Below, piece after piece: positions 7,156-14,663 of a stretch of 14,663 nucleotides of DNA. The DNA is from Gemmatimonadota bacterium (GTDB taxonomy: Bacteria > Latescibacterota > UBA2968 > UBA8231). The position numbers were made by a program, and so were the translations under genes. Position 1 is the stretch's first letter, and every line of letters begins with the position of its first letter. The stretch spans positions 1 through 14,663 of the forward strand of contig JAYOYH010000024.1 in NCBI GenBank assembly GCA_038153405.1. Direction: 5' to 3'. Under the pieces are notes generated by a model, which saw nothing but the letters and a program-made list of their open reading frames with translations, was not told the origin of the DNA and did no database searches.

Positions 7156-8046
7156 GTGGAATTAGTCGATTCTCACATGCACGTCAACTACCATGGCATG
7201 GATGCGGCTGGTGTAGTAGACGAGATGAATCGCTTTGGCATTGGGCGCGCGTGGATTCTAACCTGGTATATCCCGCCGGCCGAGGATGTGCCTTCTTCGC
7301 ACCGGGCCTTTAGTCCGCTCAACAAGCGGGTAGACGGCACCCATGCCGGTTCGCCGCTTGCCGATGTGGTGGACGCATGCAGAGCCTTTCCCCAGCGCTT
7401 TGTCGCCGGCTACTGCCCCTGCCCCAGCGAGGCCTATGCCAGCGAGCTCTTTGAGGCGGCTTACCACACGCACGGCGTGCGCATCTGCGGCGAGTGGAGC
7501 TATCGCATGCTGCTGGACGACCCGCGCAGCATCGAATTGTTTCGCACGGCCGGTGCCCTATCTTGTCCGGTTGTATTGCACCTCGACGTTCCGTACTTGC
7601 CAGATGAGCGCGGCGCGCCGGTGTACCAGCCGCACTGGTACGGAGGTATGCCCGGGCCGCTCGAACGCGCGTTGCAGGCGTGTCCGGATACGATATTTAT
7701 AGGTCATGCACCGGGCTTTTGGCGCTATATCAGCGGCGATGCCGAAAGCGATCCGTCATCCTATCCCAGGGGGCCTATTGCCCCGGGTGGCGAAGTGCTG
7801 CGCCTCCTCGATTCGTATGACAATCTATACGCAGACCTTTCGGCTGGATCCGGCTTGGGGGCGCTGCGGCGCGACGTGGAGCACGCGCTCCGATTTATCG
7901 AGCGCTATGCCGATCGACTGCTGTACGGGCGCGATGCGCCGGGAAACGATCTGCAGCTCTTTTTGCGCGGATTGGATATGCCAGAGGCGATTGCACTGAA
8001 GATCTTCAGTCAGAATGCACAGCGCCTCGTGCCGTTGACAACGTAA
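7156..8046 (+). CDS. Amidohydrolase superfamily (Amidohydro_2-like) metal-dependent hydrolase
   Basis: VDSHMH (HxH), ICGE, PVVLH, FIGH, NLYADLSAGSG, RLLYGRD. SD AAGGAGG (7141-7147) is embedded in the last codons of the MFS gene. GTG start. Confidence 0.9.
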   Translation: MELVDSHMHVNYHGMDAAGVVDEMNRFGIGRAWILTWYIPPAEDVPSSHRAFSPLNKRVDGTHAGSPLADVVDACRAFPQRFVAGYCPCPSEAYASELFEAAYHTHGVRICGEWSYRMLLDDPRSIELFRTAGALSCPVVLHLDVPYLPDERGAPVYQPHWYGGMPGPLERALQACPDTIFIGHAPGFWRYISGDAESDPSSYPRGPIAPGGEVLRLLDSYDNLYADLSAGSGLGALRRDVEHALRFIERYADRLLYGRDAPGNDLQLFLRGLDMPEAIALKIFSQNAQRLVPLTT

Positions 8047-8070
8047 ACTCTACGGATAAATGGGTGAGCT

Positions 8071-8871
8071 ATGACCGCTAAAAAAATTCTGATAACGGGC
8101 ATATCCGGCTTGGTTGGCAGCGCGATTTACCTGCATTTAAAACAGTGGCCTGCGCGTTACGAACTCTATGGTTTGGGCCGGCGCCGCGATCTGTCGGAAC
8201 GGGTGTTTGACGGCCGCGCCATCGACGTGCTAGACGGGCGCTACCACGTGGGCGATATCGCCGATATGGAGGCCGTGCGGCGCGCCGTAGACGGGATGGA
8301 TGTGGTTGTGCACATGGCGGCCGATCCGGCCGGACGCGGCTGGGAGAGCCTGCGCGATAACAATCTGATTGGCGCCTACAATATTTTTGAAGCCAGTCTC
8401 GACGCGGGCGTGCAGCGCGTCGTGGCCGCCAGCACGATCCAGGTGTCGACCGGGGACTGCGAGGAAGAGCCCTACCGCGCTATTGCCGAAGGGCGCTACG
8501 GCGACGTGCCGACGGACTTTGCCCGCGTCACCAGCAAGACGCCCGGCCAGCCGCGCAACCTCTATGCCGCCAGCAAAGTGTGGGCCGAATCGCTGGCGCG
8601 CGTCTACGGTTACAGCCACGGCATGTCGAGTCTGTGCATTCGCATTGGCTGGGTAACCGGCGAGGACGAGCCGCGCAACGGACGCGGCGATATTTGGTGC
8701 AGCCAGCGCGATATTGCCGAGCTTACGCGCTGCTGTATCGATGCATCATCCGACTTAAAGTTTGGCATCTACTACGGGATGTCAGACAACGCGTGGCGCT
8801 GGGTCGATATCGAAAGCGCTGCCGAGGAGGTGGGCTATAGGTCGAGCGATCGGGCGGAAAGCGACTTGTAG
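8071..8871 (+). CDS. Extended SDR / NAD-dependent epimerase-dehydratase family, uronate dehydrogenase-like
   Basis: ILITGISGLVG (TGxxGxxG), VVHMAA, NNLIGAYNIFEA, RVVAAST, YAASK (YxxxK), CIRIG, WCSQRD, YGMSDN. Length and C-terminal pattern resemble uronate dehydrogenases. Substrate is inferred only. Confidence 0.88.
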   Translation: MTAKKILITGISGLVGSAIYLHLKQWPARYELYGLGRRRDLSERVFDGRAIDVLDGRYHVGDIADMEAVRRAVDGMDVVVHMAADPAGRGWESLRDNNLIGAYNIFEASLDAGVQRVVAASTIQVSTGDCEEEPYRAIAEGRYGDVPTDFARVTSKTPGQPRNLYAASKVWAESLARVYGYSHGMSSLCIRIGWVTGEDEPRNGRGDIWCSQRDIAELTRCCIDASSDLKFGIYYGMSDNAWRWVDIESAAEEVGYRSSDRAESDL

Positions 8872-8881
8872 GAGACGGGTT

Positions 8882-9799
8882 ATGCAGCCATTGTGGATCG
8901 ATACCGATATGGGCGTGGACGATGCGCTGGCCATCGGTCTGGCCTTAAACTCACCCGAAGTAGAACTGGTCGGCATCGCGGTCGTTGCCGGCAATGTCGC
9001 GCGCGAGCTAGGGGTGCGCAATGCGCTACAGGTGCTCGAACTGTTGGAGCGCGATGAAGTACCCGTCTTCGTGGGTGCGGATGCGCCCCTCGCGCGCGAG
9101 GGGGTCGATGCCCACGCCGTGCACGGCAGCCAGGGACTAGGGCGCGCGCGCTTGCCCGAGCCGGGTATGCTTCCAGCGGGTGGAGCGGTGAGTTGCCTGA
9201 TTGATGAAATCGGGAAGCGTCCGGGCGAATTGGTCGTCATCGCCGTTGGACCGCTGACCAATCTCGCGCTGGCGGAGAGGGCTTCGCCGGGCGTGCTCAA
9301 CGGCGCGCGGCGCGTGGTGGCTATGGGCGGGGCGCTGTGGCGTGCGGGCAATGTGACGCCACACAGCGAATTCAATATTTATGCCGATCCCCACGCCCTA
9401 AGAGAGCTATTGCAGGCCCATGTCAACCTGACGCTCGTTCCTCTCGATATAACGGAACGGCTGGCGCTCACGCATAATCAGATCGCCGCACGTCTAGGAG
9501 CTCGGCGCGATCGGTGGGCTCAGTTCGTCGCCGATGCGACCCACACCGTTGTTGAATACGAACAGGCCAATTCGGGGTTTTCGGGTCTGCATCTGCACGA
9601 TCCGGCGGCCGTGGCTATGGCCGTCGATCCGTCCCTATTTGAGTTGCGCACCGTTTTTATCGATGTAGAAACGGAGGGAGAACAGATTGGCCATATTGCG
9701 GTGAGCGAAGAGGGGCATGGTTATCCCGTAGACTGCGCTATTGATGTGGATGCCGTGCGCTGTATGGAGCTTTTGCGGCATAGGCTACTCGATGTGTAG
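8882..9799 (+). CDS. Inosine/uridine-preferring nucleoside hydrolase family protein
   Basis: WIDTDMGVDDALA (DxDxxxDD), AGN, VHGSQGLG, GPLTN, MGG, GNVTPHSEFNIYADP, PLD, LHDP. True start is ATG 8882 (AGGAG upstream), not 8762 as in the track. Confidence 0.95.
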   Translation: MQPLWIDTDMGVDDALAIGLALNSPEVELVGIAVVAGNVARELGVRNALQVLELLERDEVPVFVGADAPLAREGVDAHAVHGSQGLGRARLPEPGMLPAGGAVSCLIDEIGKRPGELVVIAVGPLTNLALAERASPGVLNGARRVVAMGGALWRAGNVTPHSEFNIYADPHALRELLQAHVNLTLVPLDITERLALTHNQIAARLGARRDRWAQFVADATHTVVEYEQANSGFSGLHLHDPAAVAMAVDPSLFELRTVFIDVETEGEQIGHIAVSEEGHGYPVDCAIDVDAVRCMELLRHRLLDV

Positions 9800-9865
9800 G
9801 GGCTCGTAGTAAGAGAGTGTTTCTGAGTTGTATTCACATTTTGCTTAAAAGAAAGGATGTAAACT

Positions 9866-10870
9866 TTGGTCAACATAGCATTGTTGTCGGCTGCGCATAT
9901 CCACACCCGCGGTTTTTTGCAAGAGATAGCGCAGCGCGACGACTGTTCGCTGGTGGCACTGTGGGACGACGTCGCCGATCGCGGTGCGCGCTATGCGGCG
10001 GAGTACGACTGTGATTTCAGCCGTGATTTAGATGGCGTAGTTGGCCGTGACGACATTGATGCGTTTATAATCTGCGCGGAAAATGCGCGCCATCTACCCC
10101 TGCTGCAGGCGGCTATTCCCGTCGGCAAACCAATTTTTTGTGAAAAGCCTTTTACGACGCGCGGAGTCGATGCGTCGGCGGCACTGGCGCTGATTGGGCA
10201 GCACAATACGATCGTCCACATGGGCTATTTTCAACCGTTTGCCGGCGTGATGCAGGGCGTAAAGAACATCATCGACGGCGGCCTCTTAGGCCAAATAACG
10301 CATGCCCGCTTCCGCAATGCGCACCACGCTGCCTACGGTCGCTGGTTCGATTCGGAAGATCTGGCTTGGTTTAGCAATTCGGACTTGGCCGGTGGGGGAG
10401 CCTTTATGGATATGGGCGCGCATGCAGTACACCTGCTGCGTTCCTTTATCGGCAAAGTCGATAAGGTGATGGCTAGCATAGGTAATGCATCGGGCATCTA
10501 CAGCACGGTAGACGATCACGGCATTGCGCTGTTTCGCTTTGCCGGTGGCGCGCTGGGCACGGTGGAAGCATCCTGGGTGCAAACGGGGGGGATTGGCGGC
10601 TTGGAAGTGACGGGTAGTGAGGCCACGCTGTTTAACCACCCGCAGCTGGGCTATGTCGTTGCAGCGCCCGGCAAAGAACCACAGCCCGTCGAGGAAGCCC
10701 CGGCGCGTCCGACCCGCGTCGAACGCCTGCTGGCGGCTGTGCGGGGCGAAATCGGGCGCGATGAATTAAACGAAGATCTGGCCTGTTCGGCCGATACAGT
10801 AGCCATCATAGAGGCCTGCTATACGTCGAGCGCTTCGGGCACGTGGGTTGACGTCGAGACGCTGGGTTAA
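9866..10870 (+). CDS. Gfo/Idh/MocA family NAD(P)-dependent oxidoreductase
   Basis: IALLSAAHIH, IFCEKP, GQITHARFRNAH, AGGGAFMDMGAH, VDD, GTVEASW. TTG start with AAAGGA upstream. Confidence 0.92.
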   Translation: MVNIALLSAAHIHTRGFLQEIAQRDDCSLVALWDDVADRGARYAAEYDCDFSRDLDGVVGRDDIDAFIICAENARHLPLLQAAIPVGKPIFCEKPFTTRGVDASAALALIGQHNTIVHMGYFQPFAGVMQGVKNIIDGGLLGQITHARFRNAHHAAYGRWFDSEDLAWFSNSDLAGGGAFMDMGAHAVHLLRSFIGKVDKVMASIGNASGIYSTVDDHGIALFRFAGGALGTVEASWVQTGGIGGLEVTGSEATLFNHPQLGYVVAAPGKEPQPVEEAPARPTRVERLLAAVRGEIGRDELNEDLACSADTVAIIEACYTSSASGTWVDVETLG

Positions 10871-10882
10871 GCTGTTGTTTTA

Positions 10883-10926
10883 GGCATGCAGGAGGCCCCG
10901 GCCCGCGCTGGGGCTTCCTGTGTGTC
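10883..10926 (+). terminator. Long GC-rich RNA hairpin after the catabolic gene run (non-canonical terminator or mRNA-stabilising stem)
   Basis: GGCATGCAGGAGGCCCCGGC-ccgc-GCTGGGGCTTCCTGTGTGTC: 20-bp stem including 5 G-U pairs, starting 12 nt after the stop codon. No clean U tract follows. Confidence 0.55.
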
Positions 10927-10955
10927 GGTGCCTGCGCGCGAGACGGTCGGCGCTC

Positions 10956-10983
10956 TTGAATACTTGCGATGTATGCGTACGTT
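10956..10983 (+). promoter_or_regulatory. Candidate sigma70-type promoter for gluconokinase-ppc-Nudix
   Basis: TTGAAT(10956-10961)-N16-TACGTT(10978-10983), downstream of the hairpin and 32 nt before ATG 11016. Confidence 0.3.
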
Positions 10984-11015
10984 CGCTTCTCTGGAATAGG
11001 GCAAAAAGGGCGAGT

Positions 11016-11519
11016 ATGGTCGAAGAACAGTGCAGAGTGATCGTATTGATGGGAGTCACCGGATGCGGCAAGTCAACGGTGGGCCAACTGCTGGCCGAGC
11101 GGCTTGGTTGGATCTACTGCGATGCCGATGATTATCACCCGGCGGCCAATGTGGAAAAGATGGCGCAGGGCATCCCGCTCGACGACGAAGACCGCTGGCC
11201 TTGGCTACGCGGTTTGGCCGATCAGATTGGTGCGTGGCTAGCGACTGGAACGGGCGCTATTGTCGCCTGCTCGGCCCTTAAAGAAAGCTATCGGCAGATC
11301 CTGGTCGACCATCGCACCGCCGTGCGCGTCGTGCATTTGAAAGGGAGCAGAGCGCTTATCGCCGCGCGCCTGGCCAAGCGAGTACATCGCTATATGCCAG
11401 CCAGTCTCCTCGAGAGTCAGTTTCAGACGTTGGAAGAACCGGGCGACGCCCTCGTTGTCGATATCGGAACGACCCCCGAGGCCATCGCCGAAAAGATCAG
11501 ACAGGATTTGGGTATCTAA
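11016..11519 (+). CDS. gntK: Gluconokinase (GntK/IdnK type)
   Basis: P-loop MGVTGCGKST, DADDYHPAANVEKMAQGIPLDDEDRWPWL, IVACSALKESYR, MPASLLESQFQTLEEP. Start ATG 11016 (or GTG 11037). The track's 10920 start lies inside the hairpin. Confidence 0.95.
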   Translation: MVEEQCRVIVLMGVTGCGKSTVGQLLAERLGWIYCDADDYHPAANVEKMAQGIPLDDEDRWPWLRGLADQIGAWLATGTGAIVACSALKESYRQILVDHRTAVRVVHLKGSRALIAARLAKRVHRYMPASLLESQFQTLEEPGDALVVDIGTTPEAIAEKIRQDLGI

Positions 11520-11540
11520 ACATCTAGTAAAGCAAGGTCC

Positions 11541-14276
11541 ATGGCAAGCCCCCACACCCTCGTACAAGAAGTGCGCAAGCTGACGGCAGACCTCTACAAG
11601 GTCATGCAGCAACAGGTCGGCGTGCGGCAGACGGAATTGGTTGAGCACGTCATCGAATTGGCGCGTGCCCGCCGCCGCGGCGACGAGCGCGCCGAGCGCG
11701 AGTTGAAGGCATTGGTCGATTGCATGAGCGACGGCGACGTCAGCGTCGTGCTGCGTGCAATTGGCATTCTCTTTGACTTGATCAACATGGTTGAAGATCG
11801 CCACCGGGTGCGCGTATTGCGCGACCGCGAGGGGCGCAGCGGCATCGGTCCGCGTCCCGAGTCGATTGGCGCTGCGCTCAAAAAGCTGAGCGATGCCGGC
11901 TGCGATGCAGTGCAGATTCAGCTCTTTTTAGATCAGCTCGATATTGAACCGGTCTTTACTGCGCATCCGACCGAGGCCAAGCGGCGCACGCTGCGCCAGA
12001 GCATGCGCAAGTTGCAGCAGGCGTTGGCCGATTTGTCGCTACTCGATCTGTTGCCGCGCGAACGGGCCGAAATTGAAGGCCGGGTGCTGGGCGAGCTGAC
12101 TTCGCTGTGGCAGACGGACTCCCATCGCCCCGAGCGACCCACCGTACTGGAAGAAGTCGAGCGATCGCTCTTTGTTATGGGGACACTGTGGGACGTCGTG
12201 CCGCGTCTCTATCGCGAGTTGGAAGAGGGGCTAAATCAGTACTATCCGGGCGTCGCTTTCGAGCAGCCGCGCTTTCTGCACTTCGGTAGTTGGATCGGCG
12301 GCGATCGCGATGGAAATCCCTTTGTTACGAGCGAAATTACAGAGCAGACTTTGAGCGCGCTGCGCCGCGCGGCGGTAGAAGCGCACGTACAGGAATGCAA
12401 TGCGGCCTATCGTTTGCTCAGCATGTCGACGCGCTGGACACAGATCAGCAGCGCGGTGACCGCTGCACTCGAGGATGCACTAGCGCAGTGGCCGCAGCTG
12501 GCAGCGGGTTTGCAGCGCATATCGCCCTTTGAAGTCTACCGGCGCTTTTTGCGCGTGGTGCAGTGGCGCCTGCAGCAAAGCTTGGCAGATACAGTGCACG
12601 GCGAATGGCCAGAGGGGGCCTATCGGCGCGCGGGGGAACTGGAGCGCGATATTGAATTGGTGTATCGCAGCCTAGTGGACTACGGCGCTGGCCAAGTGGC
12701 TTCCGCTGCGGTTGAAGATTGGCTGTTTCGCATCCGCATCTTTGGCTTTCACATGGCGCGTTTGGACGTGCGCCAAGATTCGGGGGTGTACGAGCAAGTC
12801 GTAGCCGAACTGCTCGGTCGCACACAGCGCTGCCCTGATTATCTCTCCCTGTCCGAACGCGAGCGCCAGCAGATGCTCTTGCAGTCGCTAGGCGATTTTC
12901 GGTTGGACGACGAGCGTGACCTATCCGAACTCGCCTGCGAAACGCTGTCGCTATTTCGCCTGCTCACGCGCACGGTACAGCTCTACGGCGACGAGGTCTT
13001 GGGCGGTCACATAATTAGCATGACCCACCAGCCCAGCGATGTATTAGAAGTGCTGTGGCTGTTGCACTGGTCTGCGCGCGAGGCCGGCGATCAGGCCTTG
13101 GGAATTGGCAGTGCGGGTATTGTGCCGCTCTTCGAAACGATTGACGATCTCCAGCGCGGTGGGGATGTGCTCAAGGAGCTATTCGCCTGCGAAGCCTATG
13201 CTGAGAGCGTGCGGTCTGCGGGAACAGTACAGACGGTGATGATCGGCTATTCGGACAGCACGAAAGACGGTGGCTATTTGGCCGCCTGTTGGGCACAGTA
13301 CAGGGCACAGGTAGCCCTGCATGCCATTGGTGAAGAGTGCGGCATACAGGTGGTCTTTTTTCACGGGCGCGGCGGTTCGCTCGGACGCGGCGGGGGGCCC
13401 GCAGCCCGCAGCATTATGTCGCTCCCTCCCCACACCGTCGGGGGGGCCATCCGCATGACGGAACAGGGCGAGGTGCTGGCCGCGCGCTACGACGACGCGC
13501 ACATAGCCTTTCGCCATCTCGAACAAATCACATTCGCCACCTTTCTGGTCGAAGCCCAAGTCGAACAGGAGCCACTGGATCACTGGGTTGATAAGGCACA
13601 CGCGCTGGGGGAGTCGGCCTATCGCGCTTACAGAGCACTAGTAGAAATGCCAAAGTTTGTCGACTATTTCCGCTCGGCCACGCCCATCGCGGTGATTGAG
13701 GAGCTACCCATTGGTTCGCGCCCGGCGCGCCGGCGCTCGGGACCGGCAACGCTGGACAGTTTGCGCGCCATTCCTTGGGTTTTTGCCTGGACCCAAAGCC
13801 GAGCGCTGATTCCAGCTTGGTACGGCATGGGTAGCGCGCTGACAGAGTGCGCGGCAGCGAGCGAGGGAGGATGGGAAGAACTCCAGCGCATGTACGAAGA
13901 ATGGAGTTTTTTTCGCGGTACGGTCGATAATGCCGAGCTGGCCTTAGCCAAGGCCGATATGCACATGGCGCACAGCTACGGCACTCTAATGCAGGATGCG
14001 GCTCGGGGCGAAGCGATCTGGAAGATGCTCGATGCAGAGTATAAACGCACCCGTGCGGCGTTGGAACATATGACTGGCCGTAGCCATCTGCTCGAAGGAG
14101 TGCCTTGGTTACAGCGCTCCATTGCCGAGCGCGATCCCTACGTCGATCCGCTCAACCTGATTCAAATCAAACTGCTGCGTCGCCTGCAAGAGGGGGGCAA
14201 TGGCGGCGATGGGCTGCGCGATTTGCTGCGCCAGAGCATTCAAAGCGTAGCTGCTGGATTGAGGACGACGGGCTGA
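11541..14276 (+). CDS. ppc: Phosphoenolpyruvate carboxylase (bacterial type)
   Basis: VFTAHPTE, GSWIGGDRDGNP, VPLFET, VMIGYSDSTKDGG, FHGRGGSLGRGGGP, TEQGE, LRAIPWVFAWTQSR, C-terminal GLRTTG; 911 aa. Confidence 0.98.
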   Translation: MASPHTLVQEVRKLTADLYKVMQQQVGVRQTELVEHVIELARARRRGDERAERELKALVDCMSDGDVSVVLRAIGILFDLINMVEDRHRVRVLRDREGRSGIGPRPESIGAALKKLSDAGCDAVQIQLFLDQLDIEPVFTAHPTEAKRRTLRQSMRKLQQALADLSLLDLLPRERAEIEGRVLGELTSLWQTDSHRPERPTVLEEVERSLFVMGTLWDVVPRLYRELEEGLNQYYPGVAFEQPRFLHFGSWIGGDRDGNPFVTSEITEQTLSALRRAAVEAHVQECNAAYRLLSMSTRWTQISSAVTAALEDALAQWPQLAAGLQRISPFEVYRRFLRVVQWRLQQSLADTVHGEWPEGAYRRAGELERDIELVYRSLVDYGAGQVASAAVEDWLFRIRIFGFHMARLDVRQDSGVYEQVVAELLGRTQRCPDYLSLSERERQQMLLQSLGDFRLDDERDLSELACETLSLFRLLTRTVQLYGDEVLGGHIISMTHQPSDVLEVLWLLHWSAREAGDQALGIGSAGIVPLFETIDDLQRGGDVLKELFACEAYAESVRSAGTVQTVMIGYSDSTKDGGYLAACWAQYRAQVALHAIGEECGIQVVFFHGRGGSLGRGGGPAARSIMSLPPHTVGGAIRMTEQGEVLAARYDDAHIAFRHLEQITFATFLVEAQVEQEPLDHWVDKAHALGESAYRAYRALVEMPKFVDYFRSATPIAVIEELPIGSRPARRRSGPATLDSLRAIPWVFAWTQSRALIPAWYGMGSALTECAAASEGGWEELQRMYEEWSFFRGTVDNAELALAKADMHMAHSYGTLMQDAARGEAIWKMLDAEYKRTRAALEHMTGRSHLLEGVPWLQRSIAERDPYVDPLNLIQIKLLRRLQEGGNGGDGLRDLLRQSIQSVAAGLRTTG

Positions 14277-14449
14277 TGGTCGATCACTGGCAAAAAATCG
14301 ATAGTCGGGAGCGGGCCGATTTTCACTTTTTCCGCGTGCGCGAGGATCGCTCCGTTTCGCCGCGCACGGGGCAGGCGCACGACTTTTTCGTCTTGGAAAT
14401 GCATCAGTGGGTCAACGTCGTGGCCCTCACTCCCGAAGGGCGCGTCGTG
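14276..14449 (+). CDS. Nudix hydrolase (ADP-ribose pyrophosphatase-like), N-terminal fragment; remainder lost in degraded sequence
   Basis: TGATG overlap with the ppc stop, SD GAGGA at 14261-14265. MVDHWQKIDSRERADFHFFRVREDRSVSPRTGQAHDFFVLEMHQWVNVVALTPEGRVV resembles NudF-type N-termini. The Nudix box itself is not readable. Confidence 0.75.
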
Positions 14450-14663
14450 GGGGGTCGCCCCGAAACCCCCCCCCCCCCCCGCAATGGGGGGTTTAATAAA
14501 CGATGGGACATTAGAGAAGGGCGAAGAGCGCCCGCCCCCCCCCCCCAAGGGGGAAGGGGGCCCCCCACCCCCCCCCCGGGGGGGGGGGGGGGGTTTTTTT
14601 AAAAAAAAAACAAAAAAAAAAAAAAAAAACAAAACAAAAAAAAATAAAAAAAAAAAAAACAAA
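14450..14663. other. Low-complexity homopolymer tail, probable low-quality read end or adapter read-through
   Basis: Abrupt switch mid-gene to C, G, T and A runs, ending G-run, T7, then poly-A at the window end. Confidence 0.85.

Noticed and set aside
5741..7165. Long ORFs 5741..6565(-, 274 aa) and 6278..7165(+, 295 aa) overlapping the MFS gene
   Set aside because: Antisense and alternative-frame shadows of a GC-rich membrane protein gene, with no recognisable domain or SD.
8762..8881. N-terminal extension of the nucleoside hydrolase (and similarly 10920-11015 for gluconokinase)
   Set aside because: The extensions overlap the upstream gene or hairpin, and the family motifs begin right after the downstream ATGs.
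14105..14662. ORFs 14105..14602(+) with a Pro/Gly-rich tail and 14240..14662(-) with poly-Phe; also poly-A as a retroelement tail or G-runs as a G-quadruplex
   Set aside because: These derive from the homopolymer tail that is most likely an artefact. Only 14276-14449 is credible coding sequence.
1..14663. CRISPR array, IS/transposase, integrase, prophage, tRNA/rRNA, toxin-antitoxin or defence system
   Set aside because: No spaced direct repeats, terminal repeats, cloverleaf or relevant protein motifs seen. Nearly all sequence is explained by metabolic CDSs with short intergenic gaps.

Overview
GC-rich (roughly 60% by eye) bacterial chromosomal segment, densely coding and almost entirely metabolic, ending in about 210 nt of low-complexity sequence that looks like a sequencing artefact. 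Left to right: a truncated PhyH-family Fe(II)/2-oxoglutarate dioxygenase (missed by the ORF track) and a Gfo/Idh/MocA oxidoreductase on the minus strand; a divergent D-2-hydroxyacid dehydrogenase; a minus-strand pair of a PhnZ-like HD-domain oxygenase translationally coupled to mnmA; a plus-strand run (VOC protein, aldo/keto reductase, MFS transporter, amidohydrolase, uronate-dehydrogenase-like SDR, nucleoside hydrolase, second Gfo/Idh/MocA); a long hairpin; then gluconokinase, ppc and a truncated Nudix hydrolase. I found no mobile elements, CRISPR arrays, tRNA/rRNA or defence genes. Nothing here demonstrates a new system. The best leads are the orphan phnZ-mnmA coupling, a candidate oxidative sugar/nucleoside catabolic operon, a PEPC with an altered allosteric residue (RTTG), and a possibly switchable RNA leader at 1743-1803. 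All calls come from motif recognition, with no database searches run.
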